Shown here: positions 1 through 9,200 of the stretch, piece after piece
Layout: each line of letters begins with the position of its first letter
Numbering within the stretch: the first letter of the stretch is position 1
Program-made: the position numbers and the translations under genes
The notes under the pieces: generated by a model
Seen by the model: the letters and a program-made list of their open reading frames with translations, nothing else
Told to the model about the DNA's origin: nothing
Databases searched by the model: none
Source: a virus
Virus record (IMG/VR): IMGVR_UViG_3300020193_000005
Location: 1 to 64,000 of that record
Direction: 5' to 3' (one strand)
DNA length: 64,000 nucleotides

Positions 1-81
1 CGCCACGACCCAGGCTCCCAGCCAGGCCTGCACGAATGTCTTGACCGCTCTTTCTGCGGATTGCTTGAGGTGATTTGTCAT
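1..81 (-). CDS. Holin, r1t family (partial, runs off the window start)
   Basis: Manual translation from ATG at 81: MTNHLKQSAERAVKTFVQAWLGAWVVA. AERAxKTFxQ is the r1t-holin signature. Not in the ORF track. Confidence 0.75.
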   Translation of the reverse strand, partial: MTNHLKQSAERAVKTFVQAWLGAWVVA

Positions 82-86
82 AGGGT

Positions 87-338
87 TTATACCTCCCCTT
101 CTTCACCATTATCCCGGATTTGCCACTTCCCGCGGGTAATCATGTTCGCCGCGGCGCGCAGGAGCCCGTCCGCCAACCATGGCGTCATTCCGTCCGAGAA
201 CGATATGGCTATGTCTGAGGATTTTCCGTCGACGACCTCGGCGACTACGACGAAGTTGGTGACTATCGCGCTTTCGCCGACGTTGCGCGTCATCTCCTCG
301 AACGACTTGCGCACGAAGGCGTCGAACTCCTCGTTCAT
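87..338 (-). CDS. Hypothetical protein (83 aa)
   Basis: C-terminal part of ORF 87..929 from ATG at 338 (MNEEFDAFVRKSF...). The upstream part overlaps the 344..1597 gene and looks like shadow frame. Confidence 0.65.
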   Translation of the reverse strand: MNEEFDAFVRKSFEEMTRNVGESAIVTNFVVVAEVVDGKSSDIAISFSDGMTPWLADGLLRAAANMITRGKWQIRDNGEEGEV

Positions 339-343
339 CCCGG

Positions 344-1597
344 TCAAGTCAGCTCGTGCGTTATCTTCACGCCGATCGGCCTTGCTCTTTCTATTGCCTC
401 CAGCACGACGGGGGAGGCTTCCCCGACGTCGTCCTCGCTCGCTCCGTACGTCTGTTCCCACGGCGTCCGGACGAGAACCGTGAAGGGACCGTCGTGTTGA
501 AGATCGATCGTGACCTCGCTCGGCTCCATCATCACGCGCTTGACGGAATCCCTCACCGCGGCGACGCTTCCCGCGTTCATCCCGTAGTAGCCGTACTCGG
601 CCTGCCACCTCAGGAAGTCCCTCGTCACCTCCAGCGTTCCCAGCGGCGGATCGTTGACGCCGGTGGTGGAGAATCTTAGGGTGTCCGTCCCGTTGAGGAC
701 GCTTGCGTCCAGGACGAACGGATCGGAGGGATCGAGCGTGGAACTCAGCTTGGCCACCGGTTCGGTCCCCGTGAATTGGGTTAGCCACTTGGCCTCGTTG
801 ATTTCCGTGTTCGACGGCCACACCAGACGACTTAGGGTTTCCGGATCGTTTTCGTTCCTGAACTCCAGCTTCGTTCTGAACCTGTAGGCGAGGAGAGTCT
901 TTATGGCTTTGTCCAAGCCCGTGAAACATACGTCGATGAATCGAGTGAGCGACTCCGTCGGATTGGTTTCGGAATAATCTTCATCCATGACGTGATCGGG
1001 CATGGATACGGACATCTGCAGAGCGGATTGCGAATACCTGAAGTGATCGACGTACCCGTAGATGGCGGGTCCGGCGAAATAAACCGCCGCTCCGGCGATG
1101 TTGGGTTTGAAATTTATTTGCGCCGTCAATCTCGGGGACGACAAGCTTCCTTTGACGACTTTCAAAGGATCGGCTCTGTAGGCCCTCCACGAGGGATTGG
1201 CGAGACCGTTCGCTTCCGGGGCGTCCACGACATCGCGGACGTTGAAAGTCGTTTCCTGTTCGGACGTCCCGGCGGCGACGGTATCGGTGATTTTGACTTC
1301 TATCGTTCCGCCGCCGTCTATTCTGGCGTAAAAAACCAATTCCATGAATTTTTCATGGTCGAAAGTCTCCAGGATGAGTTCGTCGAAAGAAATGGATATA
1401 CCGTTCGGGGTGGCGGGGACTCCGCTAATTTTTATTTGCTTTTTGTCCGGATCGGACGAGAATTCCGAGTCGAAAAACTCCACCGATCCGTATTGTCCGC
1501 TCAGCGCGGAGATGGACCATTTGCCGGTGGATCCGACCGAGTCGAGGTTCGCCCCGGAACCTACGAGTCTATTTACGACGGCTTTTTGCGTCGTCAC
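344..1597 (-). CDS. Putative baseplate wedge / tail protein (gpI-position)
   Basis: 417 aa directly after baseplate J with a 4-nt overlap; C-terminal RPIGVKITH resembles ends of gpI-like wedge proteins. Confidence 0.55.
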   Translation of the reverse strand: MTTQKAVVNRLVGSGANLDSVGSTGKWSISALSGQYGSVEFFDSEFSSDPDKKQIKISGVPATPNGISISFDELILETFDHEKFMELVFYARIDGGGTIEVKITDTVAAGTSEQETTFNVRDVVDAPEANGLANPSWRAYRADPLKVVKGSLSSPRLTAQINFKPNIAGAAVYFAGPAIYGYVDHFRYSQSALQMSVSMPDHVMDEDYSETNPTESLTRFIDVCFTGLDKAIKTLLAYRFRTKLEFRNENDPETLSRLVWPSNTEINEAKWLTQFTGTEPVAKLSSTLDPSDPFVLDASVLNGTDTLRFSTTGVNDPPLGTLEVTRDFLRWQAEYGYYGMNAGSVAAVRDSVKRVMMEPSEVTIDLQHDGPFTVLVRTPWEQTYGASEDDVGEASPVVLEAIERARPIGVKITHELT

Positions 1598-3096
1598 AAG
1601 GTGACCACTTCCACGGTTGCCCTAGGCAGGGTGCCGACGTAAAGCGACGAATACCCGGTTATTTGGGTTCCCACGACGTCCTCGTGTACCAACTTTTGAT
1701 TGCCGAAATTCGCGTCGGGGTACTCCGGTATCTCGGACTCTATGGAGGAAACGAAATTTACGCCGTTGACGTTGGACGCCGCCGCGACTATTTCGTAGAC
1801 GCGTACCTTATCGTTGAAATTCGGCCATTCGTTGGGCGAGACTAGGGTTTCTATTTCGTCTTTCACCTTTTCGCCGACGCTCGAGGCGTTGAAGCCCGGA
1901 GAAACACCGACGGTGATCGTGAAGGACAAATCGTACGTCCACGCGTCCAAAACCTTGAATTTCAAACCGGCCGGAACTTTTTCCGCGAGATCCTCCTCTA
2001 TCTCGGTTCTGACGCTTCGCCCCACGGGTTTCCCGTCTTCGCCGCACACGAACACCGCGAAGAATCCCGGTTCCTGGTTTTGGGAGACGTAGGAAGCGAG
2101 CAACGAATCCAACAACACGACGTCCACTTTCGGTCCGGCCGAAGCGGTATTGGTGACGCCGTCGGTGTAGGTTATCGATCCGGATGGGTTTATCGTCAAC
2201 GAATCGTCGCCCGTGGTGAAGGTTCCGGAGAGAAAGGTGTTCGCGAACGCCGCGTCGCCGTAGAATTGCGGCGTGATGATTCTGTACACGGTTCCCGGAT
2301 ACGCGTTGGCCGAGGCGTAAAAAGCCGACGAAGTGGTTACGTTCGCGGTGGTTCCCGAGTGGGAGCTATTCGAAGAGGCGGAAACCCTGAATTCCGTGGC
2401 GTCCACCAAATCGTAGGCTTTGCATCTCGTGACGTCCGAATAATTCAGCAACACGTAGTTCTCCACCTGGGTGGCGGTGTTGAGCGTCGCGCTCAGCGAT
2501 TGAAGGTAGGTCACGGCTCTGTTGAGAAACTCTTCGTCCGTTTCGCCGTTGACGCCCTGCGTCAATTCGGCGCTGGTTTGTACGGAGAAGACGATCGACG
2601 ACGGTTCGCTGGGAATCAATTGGGTTCCGACCGGCAGGGACGGAAGCGCACCCGATTGCAGGGATTTGAGGTTGGCGGACACCGTCGTGACCCCGGACGA
2701 CGCGGTTACTTCGTTCTCCAAACGAAATACGTAATTTATCGTCTCGATTCCGTCGAAATACGGGTACGAGTACGTGGTGTCGCCGCTTACCGTATCGCCC
2801 GCCGAGAAAAGGGTGAACTGCGCGTTCACGGATCCGAAGGTCGGCTCGTCCCTGACCACGCCCATCACCCTCAAAATTCCCTCCATGAGTCCGTCGGGCA
2901 ACCTGTTGACCGAACCCATCGTTCCCGCTCCGACGTACGCTCCGGCTTGCATGATGGCGTCTTCCAAGGTTCCGGGGCGAGGATCGAATTCGGGGATGGA
3001 CGTTCGCGCGTACTCGAGAGCGTCGCGATAAAGATCGCCCGGTTGAACGTCGAAGTCGGTTAGATCCACGTATTGACTGAAATCGGGGGACGGCAT
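1594..3096 (-). CDS. Baseplate J-like protein
   Basis: 500 aa; GVNGETDEEFLNRA motif typical of Baseplate_J; follows a gp25-like gene. Confidence 0.85.
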   Translation of the reverse strand: MPSPDFSQYVDLTDFDVQPGDLYRDALEYARTSIPEFDPRPGTLEDAIMQAGAYVGAGTMGSVNRLPDGLMEGILRVMGVVRDEPTFGSVNAQFTLFSAGDTVSGDTTYSYPYFDGIETINYVFRLENEVTASSGVTTVSANLKSLQSGALPSLPVGTQLIPSEPSSIVFSVQTSAELTQGVNGETDEEFLNRAVTYLQSLSATLNTATQVENYVLLNYSDVTRCKAYDLVDATEFRVSASSNSSHSGTTANVTTSSAFYASANAYPGTVYRIITPQFYGDAAFANTFLSGTFTTGDDSLTINPSGSITYTDGVTNTASAGPKVDVVLLDSLLASYVSQNQEPGFFAVFVCGEDGKPVGRSVRTEIEEDLAEKVPAGLKFKVLDAWTYDLSFTITVGVSPGFNASSVGEKVKDEIETLVSPNEWPNFNDKVRVYEIVAAASNVNGVNFVSSIESEIPEYPDANFGNQKLVHEDVVGTQITGYSSLYVGTLPRATVEVVTL

Positions 3097-3097
3097 G

Positions 3098-3394
3098 TTA
3101 CACCTCGTACTGCACGTTTATTTTTTTGATTCCTTCTGCCGTCGCTTCGCCCTCGACTATCTCGCCGACGACTATTTCGGGCCAGAAGGATCCGATCGTG
3201 ACCCTAAGACCGGATTGTTTGTTGGATTCGAAAACCGGGTTGGAACAACCGAAGGTCGGTTCCAGCGGTAATTCTCCGTTCTCCGTTCTGATGGCGAAAA
3301 AAATTACTTGATCGTAGAACTCTCTCGTGCCTTCAAAAACTGCGTCGGCCCTTCCGGAGTCTCCGAAGTTGAGGGGTGTCTTTAGGTACGGCAC
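3098..3394 (-). CDS. Baseplate wedge subunit, gp25/GPW-like
   Basis: 98 aa; TENGELPLEPTFG matches the gp25 family T-x-x-GE-x-x-x-x-P-x-FG pattern; position before J. Confidence 0.75.
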   Translation of the reverse strand: MPYLKTPLNFGDSGRADAVFEGTREFYDQVIFFAIRTENGELPLEPTFGCSNPVFESNKQSGLRVTIGSFWPEIVVGEIVEGEATAEGIKKINVQYEV

Positions 3395-3412
3395 GGTTCA
3401 ATTATCCCATCG

Positions 3413-3859
3413 TTAGTGACTGTGACCGGAAGACGCGTATTGATCGTGTGCGTGGGTCGGCGGGGCGTAGGAGAGCACGTAGCCCGCCGATTTCGCCAGC
3501 AATTTGGCGAGAAGATCGTCGATTTTGTCGTCGACGTACTTCTTGGTGGCCGCGTCCTGCGGGTCGATCGGGTCGTCCAATTGGACGATTCTGTGGTTTA
3601 GGTGGGCGGTTCCGATCACGGACAAACTGGCGGTTCTTCCCTCGACGAATCCAACCATCACCAAATCCCCGACTCTCGGTCTTTTGGTGAACACTTGACA
3701 CGGTCCGAAGTTTTGGTTGGGCGCGAGGGTCGGAACGTTGACGAAAATGCCACCGCTCGCCCTGACGACTTTCCCTATGTGTATTTGATTGGCGCCGAGT
3801 TGCGTCGACGAAGCCTTCGCCGGATTTCTCAGAGCGTATTTGGGTCTTGTCGGCTTCAT
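3413..3859 (-). CDS. Putative baseplate spike / gpV-like protein
   Basis: 148 aa; OB-fold-like N-terminus (GKVV...PRVGDLVMVGF), DPQDAATKKYVD repeat, His-rich C-terminus; sits between hub and gp25. Confidence 0.55.
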   Translation of the reverse strand: MKPTRPKYALRNPAKASSTQLGANQIHIGKVVRASGGIFVNVPTLAPNQNFGPCQVFTKRPRVGDLVMVGFVEGRTASLSVIGTAHLNHRIVQLDDPIDPQDAATKKYVDDKIDDLLAKLLAKSAGYVLSYAPPTHAHDQYASSGHSH

Positions 3860-3860
3860 T

Positions 3861-5405
3861 TTATTCCTCCGGTTTTTGTTGACTTTTCGGTTTTTGCGGC
3901 GTCACGAAACTTACGGTAGCCGGTTCCGAGCCGAACTCGTCGAACGATACGTCGCTGACGAGATATCCGCCGCGGAAATGATCCGGCAGGGAGCTAAGAA
4001 ACACCGTGTGTCCCGGTCTTATCAATTTACCATTCGGGGACATCACGTCGCACGAACCCTCGCCCTCGAGTCCGTCGTTCTCCGACATGCGCACCCGCGG
4101 CCACGTCGTCAACTCGAAAACGCCGTTGTCGGGTATCGTCTCGTACGGGTCGTCGACGCTCGGTACCGGCAGACCGGTCGCCACGTCCAGATCGACGTAG
4201 GCGAACTCCTTTTTGAGAACCCTTTGTTGAGTACGCGCTCCGTTGTTCTCCTGATTCGGATCGTAGCGAAGCTCCAGGTACTTCTGGGTGACTTTGGGAT
4301 CTTTGGGACTAGCCCTCGAGGTCAATCCGAATTTCCAGAGCATCCAGGTCATGCTTCCCCACACCAGGACTCCGTCGACCTCGAAAAACGACACCTGGGT
4401 GTCGCCGGAACTCCTACCGAGCAGGGACCACACGGACTCGTCGGTGGACGAGCCGGAACTTTTGAAAACCGCCTGTTGTTTATTGGATTTTTCCCCGACG
4501 AAGGCGAGACCCTTGGATAGCGCGACCCTTCTGGCGTACTCGTAACCGCTGGTTCCCCCGATGGATTCGGGTTTTTTGTCCCTTCTCAGCTCCTGCACGA
4601 CCTGCGGCTGAAACTGCACGTCCACCTGCGGCGATCCCCCGGAACCGGGTCCGGTCTGTACGCCGCTCACCTCGAAATTCCTACCCCTGTAGGAGAATAC
4701 TCTTCGTAAATCGAAGAACCCGGCGGACGTCAGGGAATAACCGTCGTCCAAAAAGACGGCCGACAGTTCGGTCGATTGATTCATGGAATAGCTAACCGAG
4801 AGCGTGCCCATTCTTTCGTTGATCGAACGTTTGGTTTCCGCGTCGACGCCGACCAGGGAAAAAATGGACGTCACGAATCCCACGTCGGAGGTGTTTGCTC
4901 CCCGGAATTCGTACCTCGAGGAGTCCCGGGCTTCCTCGGTGGCCAGCCTTTCCCTGTCTATCGCCAGTCTCTTGCGCTCGAGTTCGCTGAGTTTTTCGGC
5001 GTAGACGTCGGCCAGATACTTCCTGACGGCGGGAGTGGTCGTCTCCGTCGCGGTTCTGGTTATGTTCCTTTGGGTCGTGAATATCCCGAGGTGGCGACCG
5101 TCCTTGACGTATTGTTGCTCCGCCTCGGCTCCGGTCAGTATTCTCGTTCCGTCGTCGGATACGGTCGGAACCAGAATCATGCATTTTTGCCCGTGGGCAT
5201 CCACCTGGCGCGGACCTATCGTCACCGACAAAAGGGTCGCCCATTCGTAAGTACCCTCCTTGGCGGAGGGATCCAATTTGAACGTTCCCTTCGGCTTCTC
5301 CACCACCTTCACCGCTCGTCTGGCGAGAACGTTTATGTTTCCGTATTCGAGTGGCTCCGGGGCGTCTGGCGGAGTCGGGTAGCCCGAAAAAATTGGAGCA
5401 GGCAC
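3861..5405 (-). CDS. Putative baseplate hub (late control D / Mu gpP-like) with N-terminal extension
   Basis: 514 aa; C-terminal PNGKLIRPGHTVFL..F.GGYLVSDVSF beta-barrel pattern; position after the tape measure region. Confidence 0.6.
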   Translation of the reverse strand: MPAPIFSGYPTPPDAPEPLEYGNINVLARRAVKVVEKPKGTFKLDPSAKEGTYEWATLLSVTIGPRQVDAHGQKCMILVPTVSDDGTRILTGAEAEQQYVKDGRHLGIFTTQRNITRTATETTTPAVRKYLADVYAEKLSELERKRLAIDRERLATEEARDSSRYEFRGANTSDVGFVTSIFSLVGVDAETKRSINERMGTLSVSYSMNQSTELSAVFLDDGYSLTSAGFFDLRRVFSYRGRNFEVSGVQTGPGSGGSPQVDVQFQPQVVQELRRDKKPESIGGTSGYEYARRVALSKGLAFVGEKSNKQQAVFKSSGSSTDESVWSLLGRSSGDTQVSFFEVDGVLVWGSMTWMLWKFGLTSRASPKDPKVTQKYLELRYDPNQENNGARTQQRVLKKEFAYVDLDVATGLPVPSVDDPYETIPDNGVFELTTWPRVRMSENDGLEGEGSCDVMSPNGKLIRPGHTVFLSSLPDHFRGGYLVSDVSFDEFGSEPATVSFVTPQKPKSQQKPEE

Positions 5406-5417
5406 GATTGTGGTCTA

Positions 5418-6287
5418 CTAATCTGTTTTCCTGATTACGAAGTTTATGACGAAATCCACGAACTCTGACTTGGTAGGGTTTTTTGTGTAAAACTCAGATT
5501 GCTCATACCTAAAGGCCGCACTATAGCCGGAGGGTCCTGAGTTTTTAACGAGTGCGACGGCTCGCGCATCGTCTAAGTCTTGTTTCCTGACGGCGTCGGA
5601 AATTCGCTTTTGATCATCAAGCGAAAGCTCCCACTCCGCCGATAGGGCTAACATTTGATTCTTCAACACAGCTATCGTTCGTGACGCAAATTCGTCGTCT
5701 CCACCTTCTTTACCAGTGGATGAACCGTTCTTTCCCTTGGGCGTTGTGTACGAGAATTTCGGCAGTTTCAGGAATCTCTTGTTTGACGGAAACGAAGCTT
5801 CGACGAGCTGAATACCGCAGTTCGCTTGCGTCGCCTGCATGGACTCGTTGACCTTCGCTATTTCGAAAGAAAACGACTGGATCTGCCACGTGGTTTCCAT
5901 GAGCGCCTTGTGCGCGTCGGAAAATCCCACGATGTCGTCCGACGACGCGAAATCCTGCAACAGGGATATCTGGTCGTCGACCGATGCGATCAGCGAGTCG
6001 TTCGGTACTACGATCATGAACGAAAAATCGAGCTTGTGCAGGGTCGGCGCTACCGAATCGACCAAAGGCATGCTTCTGGGTCGATTCACCTCGCTGTATT
6101 CGACGACCGCGGAATCGTGATTTATGCCGGTTATTCCCATTGGGAAAACGTACGAAAGCGGCTGAGCGTAGCTCGTCGACACCTGGAACATTTTCGGCGT
6201 CTTCAATCTCGTCGAGGCGACCGTATTCGGTCTTCCGTTTATCTCGAACTGCGAGGAAAATCTCTTGGATCTACCTAATTGCGGCAT
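5418..6287 (-). CDS. Tail protein (putative tube initiator)
   Basis: 289 aa immediately after the tape measure gene; function assigned from synteny only. Confidence 0.45.
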   Translation of the reverse strand: MPQLGRSKRFSSQFEINGRPNTVASTRLKTPKMFQVSTSYAQPLSYVFPMGITGINHDSAVVEYSEVNRPRSMPLVDSVAPTLHKLDFSFMIVVPNDSLIASVDDQISLLQDFASSDDIVGFSDAHKALMETTWQIQSFSFEIAKVNESMQATQANCGIQLVEASFPSNKRFLKLPKFSYTTPKGKNGSSTGKEGGDDEFASRTIAVLKNQMLALSAEWELSLDDQKRISDAVRKQDLDDARAVALVKNSGPSGYSAAFRYEQSEFYTKNPTKSEFVDFVINFVIRKTD

Positions 6288-6288
6288 G

Positions 6289-9200
6289 TCAATTTCTCTC
6301 TCTCGCGCGTCGCTCGCGCTCCTCTATGGCCGCTACGACATGTCTGGCTATCGCCTTTTCCGACTGTCCCGGCGCCCCGTACACGTTGACGGTCACGGAC
6401 TGATTCACTCCGTTCTGGGCGGACGAGGAAGTGACCGACATCTTCCCCGCCCTGGATCCGTATACGTCCCCGATCGGCGGGACTACGTGCAAATGGCGGG
6501 ACGAAGCCACGCCGTGGAACTCGGCGAACCCTCCCGCCTTGTCGATCATTCGCTGGTATTGCCCGAGATTTTGTCCCGTTAGGTCGTACGCCCTTCCGGC
6601 GGCGTGATCCGAACTCGGCGAGCCGAGATTGTCGAACCTCAGGGAACTGGTTATTTGCCTCTTTCCGGTGAGCATGGAGTTGAAGTAGCTGTGCGCCCTC
6701 ATCGTTCCCGACAGAGCCCTGCTCGTCGGGGTGTCGCCGACCGCCCCCCTTCTCGGGGTCGTCGTGTCCGGGGTTCGAGGATTCATTTGCAATTTGTCGT
6801 CGACGAGCTGCCACTCGTGACCCAGCATCTGCGTCCACCACTCCGGAGCCGTTTCCCAGAACTCGGGTTTGTCTATGCCCAGCATGAATGACCGACCCAT
6901 CTCCTGAGCGAGTTTGTTGAACACATCTGCGTCCGCGCCCTGAATGTTGACCTGCATGACGTCCGTAGACTTCAGCGTGAAGTCGTCTTGATTTAGTAGT
7001 TTCACGAAGGCTGCTCCGGCCCCCTCGAGGTTTTCTATTTTTTTGAAGTTGATTTTACCCGTTGCCGGATCGAGCAACTGCGTGCTCAAAACGTTTAGTA
7101 GGTTATTTTTTGATTCGGACGAATATTGGTCGCTCTTGAATATGTCGGTTAGACCCTTCCGGAACTTCTCGTCGGCGGCGGTGTCTGCGAACAGGAAACC
7201 CGCGTTTACGAGGTTACCCATGACTTGTTGCGTCCCGAGTCGCGCGTACCCGGCGGCGGTTTCGTCCACGACTTGCGTGAGTTTCGCTCCGGCTCCGCTG
7301 GTTACGAGCCCGCTCTGCACGTCCGCGCCGAAGCCGGTTCCTTTCGAAAGTCCCGACAAATAATTCAGATACATGAACGGATTGTTCGGATCGGTGATCG
7401 CGAACAAGGCTTGAGCGGTTCGCGCCACGTCGACGAATTGATCGTAAGTTGCGCCTTTACCGGCATTCCTCATGGCGTTCTCCGAGGACGTGAACGCCGC
7501 GCCGGCTTCCCTGAGGGCGATCGGTTCGTCCAGTAACTTCAATGCGGCGATTTGAACGTCTATCACGGCGGCCCGCATTTCTTCGGCGGTTTTCGTGGTC
7601 GCCTTGCCGAGATCTCGTATCACGTCCGTCAAATCGGCGAAAGGATCCATTATGTTGACTTGTTTTTGCGCGGCGAGAGCCAGAACCTCTTCTCGGGCCA
7701 TGCCGAACAACGTCATTATGTTTTGTACGTTGGTTTGGGCTCTCCCCACTATGGCCGCCTCCGCAAATACGGAATCTGCTATTTCCGTAGTACCCGGTCT
7801 CAACCCGGTCGCGATCGGTTTATTCTTAAGGACCTCTTGTAACTGGGCGGGGGTTGGAACGCCGATGAAATCCACTCCGAGTTGCGCGGGAGTAAAACCC
7901 ATTTCCTCCAATTGCTTGAATCCGGTAATTCGCCCCCGCTTATCCGTCTTGAACATTCTCTGCGCATTTTTGAAAAGATTCTTTGCTCCGACGAGGTCGA
8001 TTAGGTTTCTCTTTTCATCGCCTTTTCCCGTCGTGGCTGGCATACCGGTCGACGGGTCGTAAATTATATTCCCGTTTATATCTGTTTTGTACCCACTACT
8101 GCCAACCATGAAGCTCCCGCCGAGCTGTGTCGTTATGCCCTCGAAATAGCCTTTGAAGGCATTCACGTCGTTCCTCGTATTTTTGTCGAGCCCGGGTATT
8201 CCGCTACTGGGTAACGCACCGGTGGCTATCAGTTTTTTCTCCATTGCCCGTGCGTCGGCGAGCGTCTTTATGGAGCTGACGCCCTGCGGGCCGAATAGAG
8301 GGCTCATTTTGTCCAGCTGTTTCGCCTTGAGACTGGCGTAATTCATGATGTTCGCTTTGCCCGTCTTGGTGAAAACGTTGATCATTTTTCCGGTTTTGAG
8401 GTCGAATTTTTGTGACTTCGTAAACCCCATCATGTCCAGCGCCAATTCCCCCATTTGGGCGTTGACGAAATCCTTCGCCGCGTTCGCCGCTTGTTTTCTT
8501 CTGTTTTCGCCGGCTTTTATCGCTCCGTAAACGGCGCCGCCGATCAACGCGACTCCCTGGATTATGGTGCCTATTACGGCGCCCTTGGGACCGAGAACTC
8601 CCTCGAGCACTTGTTTGATGGGTTTCGCGGCGCTATAACCGGCCAGGGCGCCGCCGAGACTGGCTTTCGTGGTGCTGGTGGAACCCATCAGGCTGATTCC
8701 GGCCATAATCCCCATTCCCGTAGTTCCGAACATGGATCCGATTCCGAGCGCTCTCTCCGCCGCCATCCTGGTGTCAGCGTCGCGTATTTTCGAGGTCACG
8801 CCGCTCGCGAGAATCATGCCTCCCATCATCCCCATCATCGGACTGAAAGATCTTCTTCCGACCGCCTGCGAAGCCTCGCCGAAGCCGCTGGCGCTCGCTC
8901 TTACTCTTTGTCCGCGCACGTGTCTCGCGAACGCCTTATACGAGGCGTCGGATCCTTCCGTATATTTCCCCCTGAGAGCCTTGTCCCTGGCCATGAAGTC
9001 TTTGTAGGCGGTCACCGTCTGTTGTTCCTTGACTGAAAGGTTCTGCTGACCTGCGTTGGATCTGGCCAGAGCTTGTCTTCCCCCGAGCATATTCTTGACG
9101 TCCTGGTAACCCTTGAAGGCCCTATTGCCGCCCATACCCACGCCGTAAACGGCTGCGTTCATTTGCGAATAGGCCGTTTTGTAATTCGAGTCTAGTTCCG

